Assembly (NCBI GenBank): GCA_963699755.1
Contig: CAVOVB010000002.1
Span: 736,001-800,000 of the forward strand
Direction of reading: 5' to 3'
Origin: an uncultured delta proteobacterium
GTDB taxonomy: Bacteria; Myxococcota_A; Polyangia; Polyangiales; Houyiibacteriaceae
Length of the DNA: 64,000 nucleotides
Made by a program: the position numbers and the translations under genes. The notes below the pieces were generated by a model, which worked only from the letters and a program-made list of their open reading frames with translations, was not told the DNA's origin and did no database searches. Of the stretch, positions 1 through 10,613 are shown piece by piece (within the stretch, counting starts at the first letter, position 1; each line of letters starts with the position of its first letter).

Positions 1-65
1 TCACCGCCGCCGGGAGCGGCTGCATGGCGGCGCTCGAAGCCGAGCACTTCCTGGCCGACCACTAG
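1..65 (+). CDS. trxB: thioredoxin reductase, C-terminal fragment
   Basis: Frame from nt 3 reads TAAGSGCMAALEAEHFLADH*, the conserved TrxB C-terminal motif; truncated by the window edge. Confidence 0.88.
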   Translation, partial: TAAGSGCMAALEAEHFLADH

Positions 66-339
66 CCACGAGGCCCCACGACTCGGCAGGCGAAACATCA
101 AGCCTGTCGCTTACAGAAAAGGCCTTCGAATTACATTTGTAAGCTTGTTTTTACGAGCGAGGTGCCGAATCTCGCCGTATCGTGCCGAAGGCTCCGCAGA
201 GCGAAGCCGAGCGTTGACAGAGAGAGAACGCCGGGCAGAGAAGAACCTGCCGGCTGTGCCCGTTGGACCGGTTGAGCCCGTAATGCCAGAAATACAGCAC
301 AGAGAGCGCCCGAGCAGACGCTCCCGCCGACCGTCGACC

Positions 340-3036
340 ATGCAGCGCTCGCGGACGCTCTCGCCAGCGATGCTCGCGCTCGCCGCCGTGACGTTCCTTC
401 CGGGGCTTACGCGGTGCGAGGGGAGCTGCTTCAACTACGACGAGCAGGGTAATCGCTACTACTTCGAATGCGTAACCTGCGTGGAGCGGGACCAAGAGCC
501 ATGTACGGTAGATAGCTGGCAGGTTCCGATGGGAGGTGTGTGCGATGTGTCTCAGCAACCGGTGCTCGAGGACGGCGAGTTGTGCCAACTCGACGGTGAG
601 CTCGGGGTGTGCGCCAACACGGTCTGCGGATCCCTCCCGGCTCGATCGGTGATCTTGAACGCCAGCCCAAAGACGGTCGGCGCCAACCAGACTTCGACGC
701 TGAGCTGGACATCGAAGGATATGACCAGTTGCACGGCCAGCGGTGCTTGGACTGGCCCAAAGCCCGTCGAGGGCAGCGTATCCACGGGTGCGCTCGACGG
801 AACGAGCACGTTCACCCTGCAATGCAGCGGTCCGACGGGCAGCGCTTCTGACTCGGTGACCGTCACCGTAGCTCCAGCCGGCGGGCAGCTCTCGTTCACG
901 CAGATGACCATCGAAGCCAGCCAGGCGGCGTGGGGAAAGAACCTGGCCGACATCGATGGAGACGGCTTCCTCGACATCCTGGAAGGCGGAGGCGTGCAGG
1001 GCGGCAAGGTATTCTGGTACGAGTATCCGAGCTGGGCGAAATTTCAAATTGGAGCCATCGGTGGCGGCGACGATATCGAAGTAGCCGACATCAACGCGGA
1101 TGGCGCCATCGATGTCGTCGTCAATGGCAACCCGATCATCTGGTACGCGAACCCGCGTGGCTCCGGCGGCAACCCGCGATCGCAATGGACCGGCCATACG
1201 ATCGACACGACCATCTCCCATGACGTCAATGTCGCGGACATCGATCGCGATGGAAAGCTCGATGTCGTGGCGGTGCAAGAGTACGGGGCGTCCTTTTTGT
1301 ACTTGCAAAATGGCGCCGATTCTTGGAGCAAGACGACCCTGTCGAACGCGCGGGTGACCGCCGGCGGCCTGACGCTGGCCGACGTCGATGCCGACGGACG
1401 GATTGACGTGATCGGTAGCGGATACTGGTTGCGCCAGCCGGCCACGCCAAGCGTGGGCAGCAACTGGGAGCGCCGCAATATCGCCGTCTGGGGGGCCGGC
1501 GGGAGCATCGACACGGCTGATCTGAATCACGACGGCCGCCTCGATATCGTCATGGCCGCATCCGAATCGGGGCCCGGCGAGATTGCCTGGTTCGAGGGGC
1601 CGGTAGACCCGCTCAACGGAAGCTGGATCGAGCACACGATCGATGAAGTCGAGGATGTACACCTCGTGCACCTGGCGGACTTCGACAAAGACGGTGACCT
1701 CGACATCGCGTTTGCGGAGATGCATCAGTCTCCGACGGATCGGGTGGGGATTTACGTCAATGGCGGACTTGGCGCGTCCTGGACTTTGGATCTCATCGCG
1801 TCTACGGGTTCACACAATGTCGCTGTCGGCGATCTCGAGGATGACGGCGACATCGACATCGTCGGCGCCAACTGGCAGCTCAGCTCTCCGGACGGCGGTC
1901 GTTTGAACTGGTGGCGCAACGACATCGATTCCAGTGCGGCATTGTCGCTCAGCCAGTGGACCCCCATCTCGGTCGACGCCTCCAAGCCGGACCAGTCGTT
2001 CGGACTGGCATTCGGTGACATCGATGGCGATGCTCGGCTCGACATCCTCACGGGTCGGGGTTGGTATCGCAGCCCCGGCGGCAACCTGACTGGGAACTGG
2101 ACGCGGACCGATTTCGGCCAGGACGCCGACGCGATGTTGCTCCTCGACGTGGACGGAGACGTCCGTCTCGACATCATCGCCGAAGGAGCGCCATCCGGAG
2201 GTAACGTTCCCGTGCTCTGGCTGCGACCCCTGAATTCAGCCGGCAGTCAGTGGGCGACAACGACGGTCGGCACCATCCCCCGCGACCCTGCGGACGGCCG
2301 GAGTCAAGGATTTGAGCTCGCCCAGATCGTGCCTGGGGGCCGACCCGAAATCGTGTTGAGCAGTGTTGGCCTCTACTACTTCGAGATTCCCGCGTCGCCG
2401 GCGGGTGGCAATTGGCCGCGGGTCCAGATCACGAGTCAGGCACGCGAGGAAGGACTTGCCGTCGGCGACATCGACCGCGACGGTGACCCCGATGTCGCCG
2501 GCTTCGTGGCGCCCGCCGGGACGACCGTGGCCTGGTGGGAGAATCCGCGAGACGGCAGCAGCAATTGGACCCGTCACGACCTCGGCACGACCTCGGGCGT
2601 CGAGCCCGATCGAATCCGTCTCGCCGACATGAACCGCAATGGTCGTCTCGACGTCGTGGTGACCGAAACGAATCTCGGATCCAATGGGAACGCGCTGTTC
2701 TGGTTTGCGCAACCGAGCGACCCGACCGCTCCAAACTGGTCGCGCAAGACGGTCGCATCCAATGAAGGCAGCTTGAACTCGCTGGATGTGGCCGATTTGA
2801 ACGGTGATGCGAAGCCCGACATCATCACTGGCGAACACCGCGGTGCGCTCGACGTTACGATCTGGGAGAACCTCGACGGCGCGTCGTCCTGGGTGAGCCA
2901 TGGGGTTTCGCAAGGCGCCGAAAGCCATTTGGGCACGCAGCTCGTGGATCTGGACGGCGACGGGGATTTGGACGTCGTCAGCATCGCCTGGGACGATTTC
3001 CAGAACCTGTGGCTCTTGCGCAACGACGCGCTTTGA
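340..3036 (+). CDS. secreted FG-GAP/VCBS-repeat beta-propeller protein with N-terminal Cys-rich and Ig-like domains
   Basis: Many DxDxDGxxD Ca-binding repeats (e.g. ADIDGDGFLDI, DLDGDGDLDV); hydrophobic N-terminus after ATG 340; Cys-rich segment, then LSWTS..SCTASGAW..FTLQC Ig-like segment. Start uncertain. Confidence 0.8.
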   Translation: MQRSRTLSPAMLALAAVTFLPGLTRCEGSCFNYDEQGNRYYFECVTCVERDQEPCTVDSWQVPMGGVCDVSQQPVLEDGELCQLDGELGVCANTVCGSLPARSVILNASPKTVGANQTSTLSWTSKDMTSCTASGAWTGPKPVEGSVSTGALDGTSTFTLQCSGPTGSASDSVTVTVAPAGGQLSFTQMTIEASQAAWGKNLADIDGDGFLDILEGGGVQGGKVFWYEYPSWAKFQIGAIGGGDDIEVADINADGAIDVVVNGNPIIWYANPRGSGGNPRSQWTGHTIDTTISHDVNVADIDRDGKLDVVAVQEYGASFLYLQNGADSWSKTTLSNARVTAGGLTLADVDADGRIDVIGSGYWLRQPATPSVGSNWERRNIAVWGAGGSIDTADLNHDGRLDIVMAASESGPGEIAWFEGPVDPLNGSWIEHTIDEVEDVHLVHLADFDKDGDLDIAFAEMHQSPTDRVGIYVNGGLGASWTLDLIASTGSHNVAVGDLEDDGDIDIVGANWQLSSPDGGRLNWWRNDIDSSAALSLSQWTPISVDASKPDQSFGLAFGDIDGDARLDILTGRGWYRSPGGNLTGNWTRTDFGQDADAMLLLDVDGDVRLDIIAEGAPSGGNVPVLWLRPLNSAGSQWATTTVGTIPRDPADGRSQGFELAQIVPGGRPEIVLSSVGLYYFEIPASPAGGNWPRVQITSQAREEGLAVGDIDRDGDPDVAGFVAPAGTTVAWWENPRDGSSNWTRHDLGTTSGVEPDRIRLADMNRNGRLDVVVTETNLGSNGNALFWFAQPSDPTAPNWSRKTVASNEGSLNSLDVADLNGDAKPDIITGEHRGALDVTIWENLDGASSWVSHGVSQGAESHLGTQLVDLDGDGDLDVVSIAWDDFQNLWLLRNDAL

Positions 3037-3082
3037 TGCCTATCGCGAGGCCTTGGGGATACTCCTGGTCGAACGCGGTCCG

Positions 3083-4075
3083 CTAGGAAGCTGCGCTGGT
3101 CCCGCTGCCATCGCCGTTCCTGCGCTCGCGTTTCTGTTGTTTGCGAAGCACCGCCTGCGCGCGGCGCTCTTTGGTCTTCTCTGACGGAATGCGCCCCCGG
3201 TGCGCCTCTTGCTCGCCATGGTGCTCGTCGAAGGTGCCCGGCTGCGTTCCGAGCTCGAAGAATGCCACCTCGCGTTTGGCGCGTTCGCCGAGTCGCAGCG
3301 GAACGATGGCCGCCCCAACCCCGGCGCCCACATAGACCGCACCCTTCGGATCGTCGGTGCCCCGGGAACCATAGAGCCCATGGATGTACTTGTGCCCCGC
3401 GAGCTTTCCGACAGAAAGCTCGTGAAGTCGCGCGACTGTAATTTGGCCGGCGTGCGTGTGACCGGAAAATACGAGCGGAACGCCGGCCTCCCAGAGCGCG
3501 TCGGCCTCTTCTGCGATGTGCGAGAGCGCGATGACCGGCAAGTCAGGGCGCAGGCCCTTGAGTGCAGCCCGCCGGTCGGCGTGACCTGTGTATGCGTCGT
3601 CGAGGCCCAGTATCTGCAAGCGCTGATGGCCGACGCTGATCGTGGTGTGTGCATTGTCGAGCACCTCGGCCCCACCCCGTCGAAGCGCTTCCCGAACGGG
3701 CTCGGCCCCCGCCCAGTGGTCGTGGTTCCCGAGGACGGCAAACACCGGCGCATCGACCTGGCCGATGACTTCCCTGAGGTCGTCGAGATAGACCTGGCTG
3801 TGGCAAACGAAATCACCGCTGATGACCACGATGTCTGGCTTTCCGGCATTGGCCATCGCGACGGCATCGTATTGGACCTCCATCGGCGTGACGCGGCCGA
3901 CGTGCAGATCGGTCAGGTGCGCGACCCGGACCCCTTCGAGGTGTTCGAGAAAGCACTCCGGACCAGCGAATCGACGAATGCGAAACCGGCGCGAGTTGTC
4001 GTGCCATGGGTCTCGCTCGCGTAGGAGCTTCTTTCGAAACTTCCGCAGTCCTTCGATGGTTGCCGAACGGCTCAT
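3083..4075 (-). CDS. calcineurin-like metallophosphoesterase (YkuE-like)
   Basis: Motifs DLH, GDF, GNHD and GHTH in the canonical order. Confidence 0.88.
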   Translation of the reverse strand: MSRSATIEGLRKFRKKLLRERDPWHDNSRRFRIRRFAGPECFLEHLEGVRVAHLTDLHVGRVTPMEVQYDAVAMANAGKPDIVVISGDFVCHSQVYLDDLREVIGQVDAPVFAVLGNHDHWAGAEPVREALRRGGAEVLDNAHTTISVGHQRLQILGLDDAYTGHADRRAALKGLRPDLPVIALSHIAEEADALWEAGVPLVFSGHTHAGQITVARLHELSVGKLAGHKYIHGLYGSRGTDDPKGAVYVGAGVGAAIVPLRLGERAKREVAFFELGTQPGTFDEHHGEQEAHRGRIPSEKTKERRAQAVLRKQQKRERRNGDGSGTSAAS

Positions 4076-4118
4076 CTTCAAATCAACTTAATCATTTTCC
4101 TCAATGCTCGCACGAATC

Positions 4119-4268
4119 TTAGCGTCGGGGTTTACGGGTTAGCTTCGAAACGGGAACATCTGGGCCCCGAGAACGGCGGCGCCTGTTCTTCCTGCCACGA
4201 AAACGCCGAATGACGTAGACGCCGGCGAACGCGACGATCAAACCTGCCATGATTTGCTGCCACGGCAT
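4119..4268 (-). CDS. small FeoB-associated membrane protein (49 aa, no Cys)
   Basis: Hand-translated MPWQQIMAGLIVAFAGVYVIRRFRGRKNRRRRSRGPDVPVSKLTRKPRR*; starts 9 nt after the feoB stop; one TM helix plus a basic tail; absent from the ORF track. Confidence 0.7.
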   Translation of the reverse strand: MPWQQIMAGLIVAFAGVYVIRRFRGRKNRRRRSRGPDVPVSKLTRKPRR

Positions 4269-4277
4269 ACTCGAGAC

Positions 4278-6443
4278 CTATCCGAAACCAAGAAGCTGGC
4301 CGCCCTGATACACCGCAAGAGAAGTCAGGTACGCAAGTACGGTCATGTAGGAGAAGAGGAATATCGGCCATTTCCACGAGCCGGACTCCCTTTTCACCAC
4401 TGCGATGGTGCTCATACACTGGCAGGCCAACAAGAAGAACACCATCAGCGAAATGCCGCTGAGTGGCGTCATGACGGGACTCCCGTCGGCGTGCCGTGCA
4501 TCCCGGAGAGCCTCTCGCAGGGGTTTGTTCTCCTCGTCACCCTCCCCGATTCCGAAGGCCACGCCAAGGGTGGAGATGAATACCTCTCGGGCCGCGAACG
4601 CGCCGATGATCCCGACTCCGATGCGCCAGTCGAAGCCAATTGGCCGGAGCGCTGGCTCGATGGCGTGCCCGAACCTGCCACCGAGACTATGCGCCAGTTG
4701 ATCGCCGGCCTCTCGCGCGTTGAGGGCATGCAAGGCCTCGGCTCTGACCGTCTCCGAGGCATCCGTCTGCTCGATCCGCTCGCGCTCGGCAGCGTAGTGC
4801 TCGGCGACCTCCGTCGACTTTGGAAACGAAAGCAAGGCCCAAAGAAGAATCGTCATCGCCAAGATGATCGTGCCCGCGTCGACTAAGAAGATCCGCAGCC
4901 GGCGCCAGGCGTTGACCCAGAGGATCTGAGCGGAGGGCCAACGATAGGGCGGCATCTCGAGCAGGAAGGTAGGAGCCGGGCCGCGGAGCACGGTGCGCCG
5001 AATGACCGCTGCGGCGCCGAGCGTGACCAAGACCGACAGGGTGTACATGAAAAAGAGTACGACGGCCCCTGCGTTGAACCATCCGAGCGACTGACCGGCG
5101 AAGACCGTGCCGACGACGAGGATGTAGATGGGCAAACGGGCGCTGCAGGACATTAGAGGAAGCGCCAACATGGTGACCAATCGATCGCGGCGGCGTTCGA
5201 TCGTGCGTGTAGCCATCACGGCTGGAACCGCGCATGCGAAGCCGGACAGGAGTGGAACGAAAGCCTTTCCGTGCAGCCCTACCGCCTTCATCACGCGATC
5301 GATGACGAACGCGACGCGCGCCAGATAGCCCGAGTCTTCGAGAAAACCGATGAAGAGAAAAAGTATCAGGATCTGAGGCGCGAAAACGATCACGTTTCCG
5401 ACGCCGGCGATGATGCCCTCGACGAGCAAGTCCCGAAGCACGCCCGCAGGAAGAATCGCTGAGGCTTCCGTCTGGATGAATCCCGTGAAGGTCTCGATTG
5501 CGCTGATGAAGGGCTCCGCCCCTGCAAAAAGCGCCTCGAAGATCCCGAGCATCACCACAGCGAAGACCAGAAGCCCGACGAACGGATGCGTCAGCACTCG
5601 ATCGATTCGTTCGCTCCCCGAGCGCCTCGGATCGCGAACCGAGCAGGACTGCTGCACGGCATCGTCGAGCCATGCGTAGCGGGAAGAGATGATCTCCAGG
5701 TCGAGATTGCGGCCCTGCGCCTCGGCGGCTTTGCGAATGCCCGCGACGGCCTGCCGAAGCTCATCGGGAACGCCGTGAAGACTGTCCTCTCCTAGGGAGA
5801 GCAGACACCAAAACGCAATGACTCGATGCTGACTGGCCGCGGTCTCTGGACGCCATCTCCCGATCAGCGGAGTGAGCTTGTCGACGTCGGCTTCGAGCGC
5901 AGCCGGGTAGGCGATGTCCGGCGTGGAGACACGAGCATCAGGCCCGAGCTGCTTCTCGAGCGCTGCGAGCAGCACGTCCAGGCCACGCCGCTTGGTTGCA
6001 ACGACGGGCACCACCGGAGCGCCGAGGAGCTCCGAAAGGCGCTCGGTATCGATGCGAAGGCCGATGCGCTCCGCCGAGTCCATCATGTTGAGCGCAACGA
6101 CCACCGGAACACCCGATTCGACGAGCTGCAAAGGCAAATAGAGCCCTCGCTCCATGGTCGTTGCGTCGACCACGCAGATCACCGCCCGCGTATCCCCCTC
6201 GGTCAGTGCGTTGACTGCGAGTTGCTCCTCTGGCGAGCTCGCCGTCAGGCTGTACATCCCGGGTACGTCGATGAGCTCGATCTCTTCGTCGCCCAGACGC
6301 AGCGGCGCACTGGTCCTGTCGACGGTCACCCCGGGGTAGTTCCCAACATGCGCGCTGCCACCGGAGAGCGCATTGAAAAGAGTGCTCTTTCCGCAGTTGG
6401 GATTGCCCGCGACCAGCACCTGGGGGGAGGCCTTGTCGATCAC
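4278..6443 (-). CDS. feoB: ferrous iron transport protein B
   Basis: G1 GNPNCGKS, VGNYPGVTV, G3 DVPG, G4 NMMD; membrane region with LEDSGYLAR and CSARLP. Confidence 0.97.
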   Translation of the reverse strand: MIDKASPQVLVAGNPNCGKSTLFNALSGGSAHVGNYPGVTVDRTSAPLRLGDEEIELIDVPGMYSLTASSPEEQLAVNALTEGDTRAVICVVDATTMERGLYLPLQLVESGVPVVVALNMMDSAERIGLRIDTERLSELLGAPVVPVVATKRRGLDVLLAALEKQLGPDARVSTPDIAYPAALEADVDKLTPLIGRWRPETAASQHRVIAFWCLLSLGEDSLHGVPDELRQAVAGIRKAAEAQGRNLDLEIISSRYAWLDDAVQQSCSVRDPRRSGSERIDRVLTHPFVGLLVFAVVMLGIFEALFAGAEPFISAIETFTGFIQTEASAILPAGVLRDLLVEGIIAGVGNVIVFAPQILILFLFIGFLEDSGYLARVAFVIDRVMKAVGLHGKAFVPLLSGFACAVPAVMATRTIERRRDRLVTMLALPLMSCSARLPIYILVVGTVFAGQSLGWFNAGAVVLFFMYTLSVLVTLGAAAVIRRTVLRGPAPTFLLEMPPYRWPSAQILWVNAWRRLRIFLVDAGTIILAMTILLWALLSFPKSTEVAEHYAAERERIEQTDASETVRAEALHALNAREAGDQLAHSLGGRFGHAIEPALRPIGFDWRIGVGIIGAFAAREVFISTLGVAFGIGEGDEENKPLREALRDARHADGSPVMTPLSGISLMVFFLLACQCMSTIAVVKRESGSWKWPIFLFSYMTVLAYLTSLAVYQGGQLLGFG

Positions 6444-6679
6444 CCATCTCCTTTGGTGCTCACCGAGATCTTCGCCGCCTCGGCACGCCTCACCGATAGG
6501 GAATAATTGCGGAGGCTAAGCTCGATCGGGTCTCCGAGGGGCGCCACGCGCACGACTCGAACCCGCGTCCCCGGGAGGAGGCCCATTTCCATCAGACGCC
6601 GTGATAGGCGGCGGTCACAGTCGATCGACACGATCTGGGCGTGCTGGCCGAGGGGCAAATCGACGAGCAACGGTTTCAT
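6440..6679 (-). CDS. feoA: ferrous iron transport protein A
   Basis: RRLMEMGLLPG..APLGDPI SH3-like motif; 4-nt overlap with feoB. Confidence 0.95.
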   Translation of the reverse strand: MKPLLVDLPLGQHAQIVSIDCDRRLSRRLMEMGLLPGTRVRVVRVAPLGDPIELSLRNYSLSVRRAEAAKISVSTKGDG

Positions 6680-6685
6680 TCACTA

Positions 6686-6714
6686 CTGATAATGAATTTC
6701 CTTTTCGTGGGCAA
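6686..6714 (-). promoter_or_regulatory. sigma70-type feoAB promoter overlapped by a Fur box (6688-6706)
   Basis: Minus strand TTGCCC-17nt-TATCAG-6nt-ATG; GATAATGAATTTCCTTTTC matches the consensus GATAATGATAATCATTATC at 14/19. Confidence 0.75.
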
Positions 6715-6776
6715 CCACTTGGAATTCCCACTGAAGTCTCTATAAAACGGGCTTACTCGTGCTTCCAAGGAGAATC

Positions 6777-7274
6777 ATGGCCACCACCGCCTTCAAGGGA
6801 ACCCCAGTTCAAACCAACAAAGACCTCCCAGCAGTGGGCAGCCGCGCCCCTGACTTTCTGCTCGTCGCTGGCGACCTCAGCGAAAAGACGCTCGCAGACT
6901 TCGCAGGGCAGAAGAAGATCATCACGATCAATCCGAGCTACGATACGCCGGTCTGCCAAGCCACGGCGCGTGGTTTCAATGAACGCGCGGCGAGCCTCGG
7001 CAACGCAGTGGTGCTGGCCGTCAGCTCCGACCTTCCGTTCGCTCAAAGTCGATTCTGCGGAGCCGAGGGCTTGGACGCGGTGGTTCCGCTATCGACGTTC
7101 CGGGGGAGCTTCCTTCAGGACTATGGGGTCGAAATGCTCGATGGCGCCCTCAAGGGGCTCGCCGCCCGTGCAATCGTCGTCGTAGATGAAAACGACAAGG
7201 TCGTTCACACCGAGATGGTCGCCGATATCGTCCAAGAGCCGGACTACGAAGCCGCCATCGCCGCTGCCAGCTAA
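6777..7274 (+). CDS. tpx: thiol peroxidase (atypical 2-Cys peroxiredoxin)
   Basis: PSYDTPVC peroxidatic motif, [23 protein letters not shown] before ATG 6777. Confidence 0.95.
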   Translation: MATTAFKGTPVQTNKDLPAVGSRAPDFLLVAGDLSEKTLADFAGQKKIITINPSYDTPVCQATARGFNERAASLGNAVVLAVSSDLPFAQSRFCGAEGLDAVVPLSTFRGSFLQDYGVEMLDGALKGLAARAIVVVDENDKVVHTEMVADIVQEPDYEAAIAAAS

Positions 7275-9274
7275 GCGAGCAGTCGCTGCGCTTCGGCGAC
7301 GACGTGCTCGACAGTGATGCCGAACTTCTCGAAGAGCACCTGGTACGGCGCTGATGCGCCGAACCGGTCCAGGGTGACGAACGCCGCGTCGTTGCCGACC
7401 CAGCGGTCCCAGCCTTGGCGAATCCCGGCCTCGATGACGACCTTCACCGCGCCGCCCCGTGGAAGGACTTCCCGCTGGTAAGCCTCGGCTTCTCGTTCGA
7501 AGAGCTCCCAGCAGGGCATGCTGACCACCCGCACGGCGGCGCCCTCTTTCTCTAAGCGATCCGCCGCCGCCATCGCGATCTCGACCTCACTGCCGGTGGC
7601 GACGAGAATCACGTCCGGCCCTCCGCCTCCCGCCTCGCGCAAGGTGTAGGCCCCACGCTTGACCTTCTCGGCGCTAGCGAGCGCGCTCCGATCGAAAACC
7701 GGTACGTTCTGTCGGGTCAGGGCCAAGGCCGCAGGCCCGTCCCACTCGAGGGCAGCTTTCCAACACTCGCGAACCTCGTTGGCATCGGCTGGCCGGAACA
7801 TCGCAAGGTTGGGAATCGCACGCAAGGCTGCGAGCTGTTCCACGGGTTGGTGTGTGGGGCCATCTTCGCCGAGCCCGATGCTGTCGTGGCTATAGATGTA
7901 GCGGGTATGGAGCTTCATGAGTGCGGCAAGCCGTACCGAAGGACGCATGTAGTCGCTGAACACGAGGAAGGTTGCACCGTAGGGGATCACGCCGCCGTGA
8001 AGCGCCATACCGTTCATCGCCGCACCCATCCCGTGCTCGCGAACGCCCCAATCCACGTTGCGCGGAATGCCCTCTGCACCCGGTAGGAAGCTCGAAAGGC
8101 CCTTCATGTGGCTGTTGTTCGAGCCTGCCAGGTCCGCCGAGCCTCCGACGAGCCCACCGATCTTATTCGCCAGCGCGTTGAGCACTGCGCCGCTCGCCTT
8201 GCGGGTCGGCATTCCCTTCGGATCGGGATCGAAGATCGGCAGGTCGGCGTCCCACCCCCCGGGCAGCTCACCGGCCAGTGCGACATCGAGCTCCCTCGCC
8301 GCCTCTGGGAACGCCGCACAGTAGTCTTCGAGACGGCTCTGCCATGCGCCATGAGCGTTCGCGCCGCGCTCTCGGATCGACTCGGCGGCCGCCGCCAGCT
8401 CATCGGGCACGAAGAACGGCTCGGTCGGCCATTCCATGATCTGCTTGGTGGCGATGATCTCGTCCTCCCCAAGCGGGGCGCCGTGCGCAGCCGAGCTGTT
8501 GCGCTTGTTGGGCGACGGATCGCCGATGATGGTGCGAACGCGAATGAAGCTCGGGCGCTCGTCCGCCATGGCCACGGTAGACGCCGCGATCAGGGCAGCG
8601 ATGTCCGACCCGTCGTCGACGCTCTCGGTGTGCCAACCATACGAGGCAAATCGCGCCAAGACGTCTTCGCTGAAGCTCAAGTCGGTCCTGCCGTCGATGG
8701 TGATCCCGTTGTCGTCCCAGAAGACGATGAGCTTGCCGAGCTTCAGGTGACCCGCGATCGACGCGGCTTCGGAGGCCACGCCTTCCATGATGTCGCCGTC
8801 CGAGGCGATCACCCAGGTTCGGTGATTGAAGAGCGTGTACCCGGGCTTGTTGAAGCGGGCGGCCAGGTGACGCTCGGCCATCGCCATGCCCACACCGTTG
8901 CCAATCCCCTGCCCAAGGGGGCCGGTCGTCGTTTCGACGCCCGGCGTGAGGTGCGACTCCGGATGGCCCGGCGTCAGGCTCCCCCACTGCCGAAACTTGC
9001 GGATGTCGTCGAGGGAGACCTCGTAGCCGGTCAGGTGCAGCAGGGAGTATTGAAGCATCGACGCATGCCCACAGGACAGGACGAATCGGTCCCGGTCTGG
9101 CCAATCCGGATGGGTTGGGTCGTGACGGCGAAGCTCCGAGAAAAGCGCCCACCCCAGGGGCGCGAGCGCCATGGGCGTGCCGGGGTGACCCGAGGCGGCG
9201 GCTTGGACCGCATCCATACTGAGGCCTCGAATCGTCTTGATGGCGAGCTCGTCGAGCTTCGCGGGGTTCCCCAT
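7271..9274 (-). CDS. tkt: transketolase
   Basis: [50 protein letters not shown]. Confidence 0.98.
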   Translation of the reverse strand: MGNPAKLDELAIKTIRGLSMDAVQAAASGHPGTPMALAPLGWALFSELRRHDPTHPDWPDRDRFVLSCGHASMLQYSLLHLTGYEVSLDDIRKFRQWGSLTPGHPESHLTPGVETTTGPLGQGIGNGVGMAMAERHLAARFNKPGYTLFNHRTWVIASDGDIMEGVASEAASIAGHLKLGKLIVFWDDNGITIDGRTDLSFSEDVLARFASYGWHTESVDDGSDIAALIAASTVAMADERPSFIRVRTIIGDPSPNKRNSSAAHGAPLGEDEIIATKQIMEWPTEPFFVPDELAAAAESIRERGANAHGAWQSRLEDYCAAFPEAARELDVALAGELPGGWDADLPIFDPDPKGMPTRKASGAVLNALANKIGGLVGGSADLAGSNNSHMKGLSSFLPGAEGIPRNVDWGVREHGMGAAMNGMALHGGVIPYGATFLVFSDYMRPSVRLAALMKLHTRYIYSHDSIGLGEDGPTHQPVEQLAALRAIPNLAMFRPADANEVRECWKAALEWDGPAALALTRQNVPVFDRSALASAEKVKRGAYTLREAGGGGPDVILVATGSEVEIAMAAADRLEKEGAAVRVVSMPCWELFEREAEAYQREVLPRGGAVKVVIEAGIRQGWDRWVGNDAAFVTLDRFGASAPYQVLFEKFGITVEHVVAEAQRLLA

Positions 9275-9464
9275 GCTGCGTTCCTCTCTGCTTGGCGGGC
9301 CCGATCTAGCAGGCCCGGCCGAAACACAAAAGGTGGGCCAGAGCGTTTTTCGGCGAGAGCTGGACATGACCCTAGATCGCCACTAACACCCGAGACCCGG
9401 TTAGCCGGTTGTTGACTGTTTCAATCGGGTTTGCTCCATGCAGCGAACCGCGCAGGAGGAAGGG

Positions 9465-10598
9465 ATGCCTCAGGTTTTCGTGCCCAAGGAAATCGTCGAA
9501 GGTGAAACTCGGGTCGCCTGTACACCGGAAACGACGAAGCGCTACGTCAAAGAGGGCTTCGAAGTCGTCGTGGAAAGCGATGCGGGCAGACACGCCCACT
9601 TCAGCGATGAGCAATATCGTCAGGCGGGTGCCAGGGTCGTCTCTGCCGACGAGGCAGGAGCTGTCTGGGGAAGTGCCGATATCCTGCTTCGGGTCTACCC
9701 GATCACGCCGGAGGAAGCGTCCGGGATCAAGGAGGGTGCGCTCTTGGTCGGGTTCATGTCTCCCCACAAGAATCTCGATTCGGTTCGAATTCTGCGCGAT
9801 CGGAGAATCAGCACGATCGCAATGGAGCTGATCCCGCGAATCAGCAGGGCCCAGTCGATGGATGCGCTCAGCTCTCAGGCGTCGATCTCGGGTTACCAGG
9901 CCGTGCTCATGGCGGCGACCTATCTCGACAAGTACTTCCCGCTCTTGATGACGGCGGCCGGCACGATTCAGCCCGCCAAGATCGTCATCATGGGCGCAGG
10001 TGTGGCCGGTCTCCAAGCGATCGCGACCGCGCGACGACTCGGCGCCGTGGTCGAGGTCTCGGACATCCGGCCTGGCGTCAAGGAGCAGGTCGAGTCCCTC
10101 GGCGGACGCTTCATCGACTTCCCGATGGACCAAAGTGGCGAAGGCGAAGGCGGCTACGCGCGAGAGCTCACAGCGGAGCAGTTGAAGGCGCAGCAGGCAA
10201 TCGTTCGCCAGAAGGTCGTGGCGGCCGATGCCGTGATTACCACGGCGCTCGTCCCCGGCCGTCCCGCGCCGAAGCTCATCACCAAGGATATGGTCGAGGA
10301 GATGCGCGAAGGCGCGGTGATCGTCGACCTCGCCGTCGAGCAGGGTGGCAATTGCGAGCTCAGCAAGAGCGGGGAAATGGTCGTCGAGCACGGCGTGACC
10401 ATCATCGGCCATCCCAACCTGCCGGCTGCGACTCCTGCGGATGCTAGCTTGCTCTACGCCCGCAATATCCAGGCCCTTCTGCTCAGCATCCTGTCCGAGG
10501 GCCAGGTCGTTTTGAACCTCGAGGACGAGATCCTCGACGGAGCCCTCCTCACCCACAACGGCGAAGTGCGGCACGGACCGACCGCCGAGGCGCTCTAG
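9465..10598 (+). CDS. pntAA: NAD(P) transhydrogenase alpha subunit part 1
   Basis: PKE..GETRVA, PRISRAQSMDALSS, GAGVAGLQA; SD AGGAGG. Confidence 0.95.
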   Translation: MPQVFVPKEIVEGETRVACTPETTKRYVKEGFEVVVESDAGRHAHFSDEQYRQAGARVVSADEAGAVWGSADILLRVYPITPEEASGIKEGALLVGFMSPHKNLDSVRILRDRRISTIAMELIPRISRAQSMDALSSQASISGYQAVLMAATYLDKYFPLLMTAAGTIQPAKIVIMGAGVAGLQAIATARRLGAVVEVSDIRPGVKEQVESLGGRFIDFPMDQSGEGEGGYARELTAEQLKAQQAIVRQKVVAADAVITTALVPGRPAPKLITKDMVEEMREGAVIVDLAVEQGGNCELSKSGEMVVEHGVTIIGHPNLPAATPADASLLYARNIQALLLSILSEGQVVLNLEDEILDGALLTHNGEVRHGPTAEAL

Positions 10599-10613
10599 GA
10601 AAGGAGACGGAAC

